Assembly: GCF_001194135.2 (NCBI RefSeq)
Contig: NC_069000.1
Span: 35,475,727-35,539,726, forward strand
Length of the DNA: 64,000 nt
Origin: Octopus bimaculoides
Lineage: Eukaryota
Reading direction: 5' to 3'
Shown: positions 11,737 through 24,444 of the stretch, piece by piece
How positions within the stretch are numbered: the stretch's first letter is position 1
How the letters are laid out: each line of letters opens with the position of its first letter
Notes under the pieces: model-generated
The model's input: only the letters and a program-made list of their open reading frames with translations
The model's database searches: none
Told to the model about the DNA's origin: nothing
Program-made: the position numbers and the translations under genes

Positions 11737-12150
11737 TATACATATACATATATACATAGATATTTAAAAATAGGATAAAATCTTTATAAGAATTTATCAA
11801 GTAGTTAACGTGAGAAACTTCATAAGGGAAAAATTTATTAATTATTCCCTTTAAATATATTTTTTTATATTAAGGGCATTACTATACATAAATGCCTCAC
11901 GCTAGGAGGGACTCTTAAAGTCAAAACTACCATACATAGATATATAGATATCTTTCATAGTTTTCTTGCTATCTAAAGTCATATGTTATCAATGGCCAGT
12001 TTAATCTTTATGGCAGTTGACCACTGACTTTACCCTTAAGTCAATTTAAAACCCAATGAGTAAAGCAACACAGACTGCCTGGCTGACAAACACCTTTATA
12101 CAACATATTCGATGGTGATGACTATGTTGCTTTTTTTGTTTTTCTTGCAG

Positions 12151-12294
12151 GAAAGAAACACCTATCTACCCCTTGCAGAAAATGGCAGTCGACTGTATTT
12201 TGTGATAAAGGACTTAGTAAAGATTAACAATATGTATTGTTTCAGCTTAAGTTCATTTCTACGTCTTTTCCAAAGAACTCTGCAGGCGATCTAT
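12151..12294 (+). CDS. DYNC2H1: DYNC2H1 exon: ERNTYLPLAENGSRLYFVIKDLVKINNMYCFSLSSFLRLFQRTLQAIY
   Basis: Long poly-T tract ending ttgcag, gtaagt donor; 144 nt. Confidence 0.96.
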
Positions 12295-12426
12295 GTAAGT
12301 GCAAGCCTTTATTTTTTCAGAATGGAGATTATGCTTATAAGCCACTGTTGCAATCACCTGATAATCATTGAAGTTTATTTAGTTAGGAGAGTATTGTAGT
12401 TCGCTTGAAGCATTGTGTATTGTTTG

Positions 12427-12730
12427 TAAAGAATAAAAAGTTTTGAATGGTACAACAATGCACTATAATACAAAAAATGGACTATATACCTTCACACTTC
12501 TCATGAGGAATTCCAGAAGGAGCTTTGTGAGACCACTTCTGAGGCACTTCCAAAAAAAAGAAAAGTCATTGGAAAACAGTTTATAGCAGAGACTCCATCT
12601 AAGAATATCTGAAGAAGGAATTGTATTCCGAAATATCATCGGACTATAGATAACTAAATTACACCAGGTATATAGTTCATTTTTTGTATTATAGTGCGTT
12701 GTTGTATCGTTCAAAACTTTTTATTCTTTA
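12427..12730. mobile_element. MITE / foldback element with about 65-bp terminal inverted repeats
   Basis: 12427-12491 TAAAGAATAAAAAGTTTTGAATGGTACAACAATGCACTATAATACAAAAAATGGACTATATACCT is the near-perfect reverse complement of 12666-12730; both ends are TA. Confidence 0.85.
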
Positions 12731-13098
12731 TTTAGTTGTTATTTGACCCTTTATCATTCAGATTTACTCTATCAAATCTAATGCTTATTTATTCACATTG
12801 TTTTGAATTAATCATACATTATCATGTAGCTTTGAGATTTCGATGATTGTATATTTTTAGAGTGACATTGTAGGGTAAGTGTGAGAAACCAGATCTGGTT
12901 GTTTTCACCATAAAACATGTAAAATATTTGGGCCAGATATGGCCAGTTTAAATGCTAAAGAGTTAAGACTAAGTTTGTTGTTGTTGTTGAGGTTATAGTT
13001 TGCTTGGTTTCTAAGTCAGCCTTAGCCAAGCAAATCCATGATGAAAGATATTGTAATCCCTAATGTCCATTATATTGTATGTTTCCTCCCTGTCACAG

Positions 13099-13260
13099 GA
13101 TGAAAGCACCAACAACACAGAGTCTCGCATCAAACTTCTGCAGAAGCACCTGTTACACCTTGTCTACAAGTCTGTGTGTCGATCGTTATTTAAGGCCGAT
13201 CAGCTCATGTTTGCCCTTCACCTGGCTCATAGATGGAGACCTGACCAGTTCAAAGACAAT
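13099..13260 (+). CDS. DYNC2H1: DYNC2H1 exon: DESTNNTESRIKLLQKHLLHLVYKSVCRSLFKADQLMFALHLAHRWRPDQFKDN
   Basis: tgtcacag acceptor, gtgcgt donor; 162 nt. Confidence 0.94.
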
Positions 13261-14649
13261 GTGCGTTCATGTTTTATCTTACCTACTGGCACTCTTTTAC
13301 ATTTTTACATTCATCGTTCTCATCATCATCATCATCATTATCATCTTATGTCTTCTGTGCTTGCATGGGACAATTGGAATTTATTGAGGCAGAAGATGAG
13401 CTTTCAGCCTCCGTCTACTAAATCCACTCACAGGGTTTTTTGGTCAGCTTGGAGCTGTAGTTGAAGACACCCAAGTTGTTACACAGTGGGACTGATCCTG
13501 AGAGCTCATGGTTGGAAAGTGAGCATCTTGCTCACACAGCCATGACTGAGCTCATTATATATATAAGCATGGTTCTGCCTTGCATACAGGCTCGTCCCTT
13601 GCAACCCTCTCCATCTGAGCATCCCTAATCTTGCAGGATTGTAGGTACTTGTGCCATGTAAAAATCACCCATGTCAGTGCTGCATAAAAGCACCCAGTAC
13701 ACTCTGTAAAGTGGTTGGCATTAGGAAAGGCATTTGGGTATAGAAATCATGTCAAAATAGACATGGAGGCTGAACAGCCCTTCAGCTGGTCAGCTCCTGT
13801 CAAACCATCCAGCTCATGCCAGCATGGAAAACGGACGTTAAATGATGATGATGATCCGTGGAGCAGCTGATGATGAAGGTATGTTGGATTGTTGGTATGG
13901 CTGTGGAATAGTATTATAACACATCCTTTTGATATATATATATATATATATATATGTTTTTCTGCTGCTTTTAAATAAAGTATATATATATATATATANN
14001 NNNNNNNNNNNNNNNNNNNNNNNNNNNNNNNNNNNNNNNNNNNNNNNNNNNNNNNNNNNNNNNNNNNNNNNNNNNNNNNNNNNNNNNNNNNNNNNNNNNN
14101 NNNNNNNNNNNNNNNNNNNNNNNNNNNNNNNNNNNNNNNNNNNNNNNNNNNNNNNNNNNNNNNNNNNNNNNNNNNNNNNNNNNNNNNNNNNNNNNNNNNN
14201 NNNNNNNNNNNNNNNNNNNNNNNNNNNNNNNNNNNNNNNNNNNNNNNNNNNNNNNNNNNNNNNNNNNNNNNNNNNNNNNNNNNNNNNNNNNNNNNNNNNN
14301 NNNNNNNNNNNNNNNNNNNNNNNNNNNNNNNNNNNNNNNNNNNNNNNNNNNNNNNNNNNNNNNNNNNNNNNNNNNNNNNNNNNNNNNNNNNNNNNNNNNN
14401 NNNNNNNNNNNNNNNNNNNNNNNNNNNNNNNNNNNNNNNNNNNNNNNNNNNNNNNNNNNNNNNNNNNNNNNNNNNNNNNNNNNNNNNNNNNNNNNNNNNN
14501 NNNNNNNNNNNNNNNNNNNNNNNNNNNNNNNNNNNNNNNNNNNNNNNNNNNNNNNNNNNNNNNNNNNNNNNNNNNNNNNNNNNNNNNNNNNNNNNNNNNN
14601 NNNNNNNNNNNNNNNNNNNNNNNNNNNNNAAAAAAAAACAATCAATAGG

Positions 14650-15195
14650 GATCGTGTATCACAGAAGTGTCATAGTGTAAAATGGGAAACAGATTAGGTT
14701 TATCCATGGAAAGAAAAGCCTATGGAAAAGACCACGGTAACCTCGGGCAATAATGTCCTGCAAAAAACACATTACAGTAAGTAACTCTCTTTTTTCCTTT
14801 CTTTTTCTGGTTCATAGGATTATGCTCAAGGTGGCTCCGTCATTCACACGTGCCATCCTTGCTACATTCACCCATCTTTTCTTGAAGCATTCAGTAGACA
14901 AAACTTCCTTCTCTACTCTCACCTTCCTCTTCAAGTGATACTTGAAGAAGTTGATGAGAGATTCACCAGAGAGAAAAGTGTTTGTCTGTAGACCTTTCAG
15001 ATGTGTCCACCATACACATTCTTTTGCCACAGCCACAAGCATGATGAAAAAGGCTCTTCCTTCCCGTTCCAAGGAAGGAGGCATGACAATATTCACGATA
15101 GACTTGGTTGATAAACTGACTCGTCCCACATACGATAGCAGTCGTTCGACATAGGCCAACAGGTCAGAAATGGTTGGACACTGTGAAAAGCACCA
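14650..15195 (-). mobile_element. Tx1/L1-clade LINE 3' fragment (ORF2 end plus 3' UTR)
   Basis: FSQCPTISDLLAYVERLLSYVGRV...VAVAKECVWWTHLKG...FFKYHLKRKVRVEKEVLSTECFKKRWVNV* (stop at 14812): the post-zinc-knuckle region of L1/Tx1 ORF2. Confidence 0.75.
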
Positions 15196-15481
15196 TTCAA
15201 GTATGGCTGATGCCAGTGGCACATAAAAAGCACCTTTCAAGCGTGGTCAATGCCATTCAAGCATGGTTGATGCCAGTGCCGCCTGACTAGCCCCCATGCC
15301 AGTGGCATGTAAAAAGCACCCACTACACTCTTGGAGTGGTTGGTATTAGGAAGGGCATCCAGCTGTAGAAACCTTGTCAGATCAGATTGAAACCTGATGC
15401 AGCCTCCTGGCTAAACCAGTCCTGAGTCAAACATCCAACCCATGCCATCATGGAAAGCAGATATTAAATGATGATGATGAT

Positions 15482-15515
<34 letters not shown>

Positions 15516-16531
15516 TAGATAGATAGACAAGCAGACAGAATGATAGGCAGTCTGATAGATAGATAAATAGATAGATAGACTGGCAGGCAGGTATGTAGGC
15601 AGGCAGGCAGATTGACCAATCTAAAATATAAATATATTTAATATATATTAAATGTTGAAAAGCTAAATACAAGATTTTAATATCTAAGTTTATATCAAAG
15701 CAGTGTTTACTGTATGACTTTTGAAGTTTGTGAATGTGTTTTTGTTCTGGTCAAATCATAAAACCATTTTTTTGCCTTCACTATTTACATTGTGATGTTA
15801 AAATTAATTTACAAAGTTTGCAAATGAAACTCGTGTTTTGCTTCATAGTCTGTGATGATTTTCCCCATTACTTCACAACTTTAAACTATGTAATAGTAAC
15901 ACATCAGAAATTTTAAAGTGGTAAGATGTTTACTTCCCAACTACATGGTTTTAGGTTCAGTCCGACTGCTTGGTACCTTGAGCAATTGTCTTCTGCTATA
16001 GTCTTGGGCCAAACAATGCCTTGTGAGTGTATTTCGTAGATGGAAGCTGAAAGAAGCCTGTCATATATACATCTATGTATGTGTATGGAGGTGTGTGGCT
16101 TAGTGCTTAAGGTGTTGGACTCACAATTGTAAGATTATGGTTTCGATTCCTGGACTGGGCTGTGCATTGTGTCCTTGAGCAAAACACTTCATTTCACATT
16201 GCTCCAGTCTGCTCAGCTGTAGAAATGAGTACCACTAGTAGAGACGAGTTGCTCAGTGGTTAGGATGTTAGCTGTAGAAATGAGTTTAGCCTGAATTACC
16301 ATGTCTCCATGGTATGAAACTATTATTCTTTTACTTGTTTCAGTTATTGGACTGTGGCCATGCTGCAGCACCACCTTAAAGAGTTTTAGTCGAAGATAAT
16401 AAGCCTTGTATTTATTTATTCTATCAGTCTCTATTGCCAAACCACTAAGTTATGGGAACATAACCACACCAACATCGGTTGTCAAGCAACGGTGGTGGGC
16501 AAGAAACACTGACTCAAAGACACACACATAA

Positions 16532-16566
<35 letters not shown>

Positions 16567-16666
16567 NNNNNNNNNNNNNNNNNNNNNNNNNNNNNNNNNN
16601 NNNNNNNNNNNNNNNNNNNNNNNNNNNNNNNNNNNNNNNNNNNNNNNNNNNNNNNNNNNNNNNNNN

Positions 16667-16702
<36 letters not shown>

Positions 16703-16707
16703 ATATG

Positions 16708-18690
16708 CTAGCAAATGCACCCGTCCTTTGGACAGTATAATTTATCATAATGGTGCACTCCTATAGCCATTTTAAATTGAATTAACCTACAGTTACAAGT
16801 CGTTTCAAGTTGATAAACATAAAATCTATAATTACCAATTTCATTAACAGTTTATGATATGGTATTAAGCAATTTAGGTAATGAATAAAATGTTTTAAAT
16901 ACAAATTTGACCGTTAGTAATAAATGAAAGTCCATGAAATGAGATTGCAATTTCAGTAGGCATTAGGGGTACTATATCTTACTTGAAGCAGTTTGTATCA
17001 TGTATTATTTTTCTCGTAATGCCTGACACAACCGCATTGAAGCTTTTTTTCAATGAAAGTCATGTATGATAAAGAAAAGCAAACATTTACAGCAAACACA
17101 CAAATAGAATAATGGTGTGTTATTTCTTTACTACCCACAAGGGGCTACACACAGAGGGGACAAACAAGGACAGACAAACGGATTAAATCGATTATATCGA
17201 CCCCAGTGCGTAACTGGTACTTATTTAATCGACCCCGAAAGGATGAAAGGCAAAGTCGACCTTGGCGGAATTTGAACTCAGAACGTAGCGGGCAGACGAA
17301 ATACCGCTAAGCATTTCGCCCAGCGTGCTAACGGTTCTGCCAGCTCGCCGCCATAAATAGAATAATGGTGTGTACAAAAATAAATGTCAGAGCATGCTTA
17401 TGAGCGAACAGCGTGTGTGAAGTGAGAAGGGCCATTGAAGGTAATGTACTGTTAACAGGAATCAGGGAAATGAAGCAAAATATTAATGAAATGCTTGCAG
17501 GAAGTCTGGTTGCTAACGGCTACAGTTTGGTGGAGATATGAAGAATGCAGTAGAGGAATAACTACTGTAGGGCTGTTTTGTAGACGACATTTTTGGTTCT
17601 TCCTTCAGGAGCATAGATGAATTAATTGTCTGGATGGCCAACTCTGGAACAACTGACATAGAACTGTCCATGTGAAAAGCACAACATTCGAAGGTCCAAT
17701 CTGACAACTTTCAGTGACTGACCATGTGCTTTGTTAATTGTCATTGCAAAGCTGAGTTTGAGAGGGAACTGAAGTCTCTGCATAGGTTAGGGGTCTGTCT
17801 TTTGGGGTTAGCGGAATTTTCGGAATGAAAATGATATCGTTTTTGCGTTGTCCCATGATAATTTGGGATTCGATGATGTGATCCATCATTTGTTTGACCA
17901 CAAGGTGAGTTCCATTGCCTAGTGTTGGTGCATTTAGATTGCATAGGAGGATGACAGGGCAACCGATTTTAAGTGAATTTCATGGGGAAGGAGTCCTGGA
18001 GGATCTTGGGAGTTGAGTAATTCCATTGGAAAGTGTGTAACCTGATCGAGGTTGGTAACGGTGTCAACTGATCTGTAACAACATTCTTGAGAAGGTAGCT
18101 GAGTAAGTCATACTTAAGAGTGTTGACAGTTGCATTTGTAGGTGCAAGAACAGCCCTGTCGCGAAGCCAATCTGGTTTTATTTATTCCATTGTAAGATTT
18201 GGGTAAACGGCAGAACATGTCATCAGGGCTAGAGACAGTGTGGCCAATGGTGGTAGTGTCAATGTATCCATTGTTGTTGGACTTAATTTGTCCAGTGCCG
18301 ATTTTAGAGAGTATTTCCGAAAGCTGGGTTGTAGGCTGACCAGCCTGTATGAGTGATCTTATGTTGATGGTGAGTTGTTTCAAGTGGACATGCAGCCAAA
18401 GGAGGGATTTCTTTGAGGCAGGTATTAAGTTCATCAGCGGGTGTTCCTTTGGGTATAATAGGCAGAGTTTGTCACACCTCCAAGGATGTTGTTCGATCTA
18501 AGCTCTCTCTCATCGTGGTATCAAGTGTTTGTGAGGAACATTTATGGGACATAGTTGCTTCATCCCAAACACAAATAATGAGTTTGCACTTTTTCAAAAT
18601 TGTCGCTTCGTCCAAGGAATGCATTATGTGGCATGCTGGGTTTTCTCGAAAGATATTGATTTTAATGGGGTTCAGTTAAATGGTCTGTCA
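16708..18690 (-). mobile_element. 5'-truncated Helitron with PIF1-type helicase relic (17562-18685) and probable 3' hairpin-CTAG end
   Basis: KCKLIICVWDEATMSHK (Walker B), [62 protein letters not shown]; frameshifts and stops; GTCC-TTT-GGAC hairpin near CTAG at 16708-16711. Confidence 0.9.
17121..17354 (-). mobile_element. Young family B SINE with 19-bp target-site duplication
   Basis: AAATAGAATAATGGTGTGT at 17102-17120 and 17355-17373; the copy retains its CpGs. Confidence 0.92.
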
Positions 18691-18716
18691 CATATACACA
18701 CACATACATCTTCTGT

Positions 18717-18766
<50 letters not shown>

Positions 18767-19120
18767 CAATGGGCATCTTTTAGTTTTCATTTATCAAATC
18801 CACTCACAAGGCTTTGGTCAGCCTAAGGCTATAGTGGAAGACATTTGACCAAGGTGTCACACAGTGGGACTGAACCCAGGGTCATGTGGTAGGGAACCAA
18901 GCTTCTTACCATACAGCCACACCTGCACCTGTCTAGCTCTTATTTTAATACTGTCTACATTAAATGATATGATATATATTTCACATATAATTTAACATAC
19001 GTAGTTATGACTATTGTTGCCATTTGTAGTGTTACTGCTATTAGTTAATGAAACTGCTGTCACTGTCAACGATTATATTTATCATGTCTTTAACTCCACT
19101 ATCATTTATATATTTGCCAG

Positions 19121-19243
19121 GAATGGGAATTACTCAGTGGAACGTATGTGTCAGATTTTAAGATTTCTGCTCAGGCTTTAGAACAAGAGTTACCTCCCTG
19201 GATTGAGGACCGTGAATGTGCCATGCCTGTTGCTATATTGAAG
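19121..19243 (+). CDS. DYNC2H1: DYNC2H1 exon: EWELLSGTYVSDFKISAQALEQELPPWIEDRECAMPVAILK
   Basis: tttgccag acceptor, gtgagt donor; 123 nt. Confidence 0.93.
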
Positions 19244-19861
19244 GTGAGTACATATATATATCTGTTGATACAAGATGTTAAGTTTATTTACATTCATATA
19301 CTTGCATTGATGCACCTCTACTGGTGCTGTGTAAACGCACCTATGCCAGTGATACGTGAGGAGCATCCAGCTCACTCTGTTAAGTGGTTGGCATTAGGAA
19401 GGGCATCCAGCCTTAGAAACCATGCCACAGCAGACAGTTGGAGTCTGGACAGCACCCTACTAGCCAGCTCCATCTCAAACCATCCAACCCATACCAGCAT
19501 GGAAAGCAGACATTAAATGATGATGATGATGATGATGATTTGTATTGTACTTTCAGCATTGGAATCCTTTCTCTGGTCTTGTGGGAAGAAGAGGCCATTC
19601 TCTCCTAACTGAACACACTTTCAGGAAATTTCTCTTCTTCCTTAGAAAGAATTGGTAATGGTTGAAACCAATGTTCTCCATACTTCTCTCTTTCGCTTGT
19701 TTCAGTCACTGGACACCGGCTATGCTATGGCATCACCTTCCAGGGTTTTAGTTGAGCAGTACTTATGTTTTCTTTTAAGTATGGTACTTGTTCTATCAAT
19801 CCCTTTTGCTGAACCACTATGTTACAGGGATGTAAACAAACAAACACCAGTTGTCAAGCAG

Positions 19862-20010
19862 TGTAAGGACAAACACAAAGACACACACACATACATATAT
19901 GTAAGAACAAACACAAAGACTCACATACATACACACACACACACATATGTAAGGACAAACGCACACACACATGTGTAAGGACAAACACAAACATATATAC
20001 ACACATATAT
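19862..20010 (+). repeat. Four degenerate tandem GTAAGGACAAACACAAA-(CA)n units inside a family A SINE
   Basis: The motif recurs four times, separated by CA/TA runs. Confidence 0.7.
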
Positions 20011-20565
20011 GGACAGACTTCCACACAACCAAAAATAAAAGACATCATCATCATTTAACATTTTTTTCCCTCTTGTATCTTTTACTTGGTTCAGTCATTA
20101 GACTGTGGCCATGCTGGGGCTCACCTTGAGGAATTATAGTCAAATAAATCGACTTATTTTGTTTTTTAAGTTTGGTACTTATTCTATCAGTCTCTTTTGC
20201 TGAACTGCTAAGTTACAGGAACATAAGCACACAGACACAAATACATACGCAAACACACACACATATACATATTTATATATGACAGGCTTCCATCTATCCA
20301 ATCTACTCACAAAGCTTTGGCCAACCCAGGGTTATAGAAGACGTTAGTGCCACACAGTGGGACTGAACTTGAAACCTCATGGATGTGAAGCAAACATCTT
20401 TAACCTCACAGCCATGCAATGTATTATATCTAAAGCATTGTCTTTAGATATAATACATAGGGCTGTTTACCTTGTTTCCATGTGGTTTAAGTAACCAAGA
20501 GCACAAAAAGGGCCCCAAAGTGGGATGCCAGCCCATCACAAGTTTACTCATTTACAGTTGAGGGT

Positions 20566-20927
20566 GGAGGCGCAATGGCCCAGTAGTTAGGGCAGTGGAC
20601 TCATGGTCATAGGATCGCGGTTTCGATTCCCAGACCGGGCGTTGTGAGTGTTTATTGAGCGAAAACACCTAAAGCTCCACGAGGCTCCAGCAGGGGATGG
20701 TGGCGAACCCTGCTGTACTCTTTCACCACAACTTTCTCTCATTCTTACTTCCTGTTTCTGTTGTGCCTGTAATTCAAAGGGTCAGCTTTGTCACACACTG
20801 TGTCACGCTGAATCTCCCCGATAACTACATTAAGGGTACACGTGTCTGTGGAGTGCTCAGCCACTTGTACGTTAATTTCACGAGCAGGCTGTTCTGTTGA
20901 TCGGATCAACTGGAACCCTCGACGTAA
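20566..20927 (+). mobile_element. tRNA-derived SINE, family C (full length)
   Basis: GGAGGCGCAATGGCCCAGTAGTTAGGG...GGTTTCGATTCCC head and TTAATTTCACGAGCAGGCTGTT..GTTGATCGGATCAAC body; other copies at 25404-25655, 60351-60662 and 61338-61613 (-). Confidence 0.88.
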
Positions 20928-21199
20928 GTTGAGGAGACTGGAACAATATAAAAATGAAGCGTTTTGCTCCAGAACACAGCTCACAGCCCTGTATGGAAAT
21001 TGAAACCATGATCTTGTGATCATGAGCGCAACAGCCCTAACCACTAGGCCACATGTCTTCACTGTGTAAGGAAAATTAATGGTGCATAGATTGTTTTTAA
21101 TGTTTTATGTAATGTAAATTATTTGTGCAGGATGATTTATATGCAAAGCAATCAATATTATATGTAAGATAATCAATATTATACATATATTAATCAATA

Positions 21200-21520
21200 T
21201 TAGATATAACTCAAAAGAAGTTTTTGTGAATGTGGAGAGTTTTGAAATGCAGTTTGGTTCTTATTGAGCAGTTGTTACCACGGAGATTAACTGCTTTAAA
21301 AATCTCTTTTGAATATTCTCTCACAAGGTGGTCAGTCAGAACAGAGAGAGGCAGTTTGTGGATGGGTTGGGGGAGGAAGTGAGAATATTTGGACAATTCA
21401 CTAGATTTTAATGGATATTTCTGCAGGAATTTTCCAACAATAGAGGAGTTGATTATCAAGTGAGAAATATTCCCAACAATAAACAATGCTGCATACTTAT
21501 TTCTTTTGAGAGCAGAAACC
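21200..21520 (-). mobile_element. Possible decayed LINE apurinic-endonuclease domain
   Basis: FIVGNISHLIINSSIVGKFLQKYPL/KNLVNCP..TSSPNPST..LSVLTDH loosely follows GDFN...L.NLV..PT...NPS.IDL.LT; highly degenerate. Confidence 0.3.
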
Positions 21521-22355
21521 TATAGAAGAACCTTGAGAAACATCTGGCAGTCTCATAGTGAACATGGAATTGAATGGAACTGAAGATTATTGCTGTTTAA
21601 TTTGGGAAGTTTTATTGATATCTGAAGAGGCAAAAATGCATTCCTATATTCTATGTCACCAGACTGTTGAAAGATGTTAGGGGTCAAAATACTTGATAAT
21701 CACTAATGGAATGGTTATCAAACATAATAATAATAATCCTTTCTATTATAGTCACAAGGCCTGAAATTTTTTGTCGGGGTGGGGGATAAGTCGATTACAT
21801 CGATCCCCAGTGTTTAGCTGGTACTTATTTTATTGACCTTGAAAGGATGAAAGGTAAAGTCGACCTCAGCAGAATTTGAACTCAGAACATAGCAACGGGT
21901 GAAATACCACTAAGCATTTCGTCCAGTGCACAAATGATCTGCTAGCTCACCACCTTAAATAATAATAATAATAATAATCCTTTCTACTATAGGCACAAGG
22001 CCTGAAATTTGGAGGAGGGGGACTAGTCGATTACATCGACCCCAGTGTTTCACTGGTACTTAATTTATTGACCCCGAAAGGATGAACAGCAAAGTCGACC
22101 TCGAGCATGGAGGGTGGACATTAAACCATCATCATCATCATCATCATTTAATGCCCATTTTCCATGGTGGCATGGGTTGGGTAATTTGACAGATGACAAT
22201 ATAGAGTGCTACACCAGGTTCCAGTTGTCTGTTTTAGCATGCCTGTCTATGGTTGGATGCCCTTCTTAATGCCAACCACTTTACGTTGTATACCAGCTAC
22301 TTTACATTTCTGCCACAACACACAGACACACACATATATTATTATTATTATTATT

Positions 22356-22810
22356 GCCTTTGCACAGTATCCAATGCTGGAGATGTACTACTGTGTCAGC
22401 TGTTTACTACCAGTGAACTAAGGTAACACCTCTTATTTTTCGAGCACCTTCCAGAGTATTCAAGCGGTCCCAAGCAGTGCTGTTTTCTGCAAGTGCTCCA
22501 CCCTTATTGCAGCCCCTATTTCTTCCACGTACTTCTCAAGATTTTTGCTCACTGTTCCCAGGGCTCCGACAATTATTGGTACTACTGCTACCTTTTTCAT
22601 CCCTTTTTTATCGACCACAACTGCTTAACTTTCCAAGCCAGCCTGTCATATCTCTCGACTTTTCTTTCTTCCTTATTGCATACCTTGTCAGCTGGGAATG
22701 CTATATCTATGATCCAACATTGTTTGTTTTCTTTCTCAATTAATACTATGTCTGGCTTTCTATTCTCTATCTCATGGTCGCACTGAATTATAAAATCCTT
22801 TTTATGATTC
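22356..22810 (-). mobile_element. Dong/R4-clade LINE 3' fragment
   Basis: DFIIQCDHEIENRKPDIVLIEKENKQCWIIDIA.P...KVERYDRLAW.VKQLW...VVPIIVGALG...LQKTALLGTA; (ATT)n on both sides. Confidence 0.88.
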
Positions 22811-22867
22811 ATTATTATTATTATTATTATTATTTATTATTGCTATGTTCTCACCTTCATATTTCAG

Positions 22868-23072
22868 TACAATTTCTCTGAACTCTATGGAAAGCTGAAT
22901 TTCCAAGGCTCAAACCTCTGGACACCATTTCTCCATAGCAGATGTTGTGAGCAAGAATTTCCCAAAGCAGTCGAAAATAATCTGAGCAAGTTCCAACGCC
23001 TTCTTGTAATCCATGCTGTGAGACCTGATCGTCTGCAGACTGCAATGACACAGTTTGCTTGCTGGGTACTAG
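22868..23072 (+). CDS. DYNC2H1: DYNC2H1 exon: YNFSELYGKLNFQGSNLWTPFLHSRCCEQEFPKAVENNLSKFQRLLVIHAVRPDRLQTAMTQFACWVL(G)
   Basis: atttcag acceptor, G/gtaact donor; 205 nt, phase 0 to 1; RPDRL motif. Confidence 0.95.
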
Positions 23073-23602
23073 GTAACTGGGATTTTGGCACGCTTTTATG
23101 AAGGATGAAAGGAAGGAAGGAAAGGCGTTATCTGTGTTTCTGTGTGTGTGTCCATGTGTTTGTGGTGGGGAGTTTAATATGTGAGGGTGTGTGCTTGTGT
23201 GTGTTTGTATGTGATTGCATGTATGTGTGCTCGTGTATACATACTTGTAGGTGTGTACATATGTGTGTGTGTGTACATGTTTGTGTTTGTGTGTGCATGT
23301 GTTTTTGTGTGTATTCATGTGTGTATGCGTGTGCCTGACTGTGTGCTTGTCTATGTGCATGTGCATATGTGTGTGTATATATGTATATTTGTATGTGTAT
23401 ATCTGTATGCTTGAGTGTGTGTGTGTGTTTCTGTCTATGTTTATCTGTGTGTATATGTGTATGCATTTGTTGTATTTCTGCATGCCTCTTTGGTGTCACC
23501 GATTCAATGCTGGCTTTATGGCTTATTTTTTCTCTCATTTCAATGTTTCTCTCTTTCTCTAAATCCCTCCCTCCCTCCACCTATCTCTGTCTGTCTGTCT
23601 CC

Positions 23603-23697
<95 letters not shown>

Positions 23698-24405
23698 NNN
23701 NNNNNNNNNNNNNNNNNNNNNNNNNNNNNNNNNNNNNNNNNNNNNNNNNNNNNNNNNNNNNNNNNNNNNNNNNNNNNNNNNNNNNNNNNNNNNNNNNNNN
23801 NNNNNNNNNNNNNNNNNNNNNNNNNNNNNNNNNNNNNNNNNNNNNNNNNNNNNNNNNNNNNNNNNNNNNNNNNNNNNNNNNNNNNNNNNNNNNNNNNNNN
23901 NNNNNNNNNNNNNNNNNNNNNNNNNNNNNNNNNNNNNNNNNNNNNNNNNNNNNNNNNNNNNNNNNNNNNNNNNNNNNNNNNNNNNNNNNNNNNNNNNNNN
24001 NNNNNNNNNNNNNNNNNNNNNNNNNNNNNNNNNNNNNNNNNNNNNNNNNNNNNNNNNNNNNNNNNNNNNNNNNNNNNNNNNNNNNNNNNNNNNNNNNNNN
24101 NNNNNNNNNNNNNNNNNNNNNNNNNNNNNNNNNNNNNNNNNNNNNNNNNNNNNNNNNNNNNNNNNNNNNNNNNNNNNNNNNNNNNNNNNNNNNNNNNNNN
24201 NNNNNNNNNNNNNNNNNNNNNNNNNNNNNNNNNNNNNNNNNNNNNNNNNNNNNNNNNNNNNNNNNNNNNNNNNNNNNNNNNNNNNNNNNNNNNNNNNNNN
24301 NNNNNNNNNNNNNNNNNNNNNNNNNNNNNNNNNNNNNNNNNNNNNNNNNNNNNNNNNNNNNNNNNNNNNNNNNNNNNNNNNNNNNATATATATATATACA
24401 CACAA

Positions 24406-24444
<39 letters not shown>

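Noticed and set aside
22857-23580. ORFs rich in H/T/Y/I or C/V/M/Y (also 86, 19817, 26465, 48140, 48649, 58540)
   Set aside because: Translations of (CA)n, (TG)n and (TA)n microsatellites
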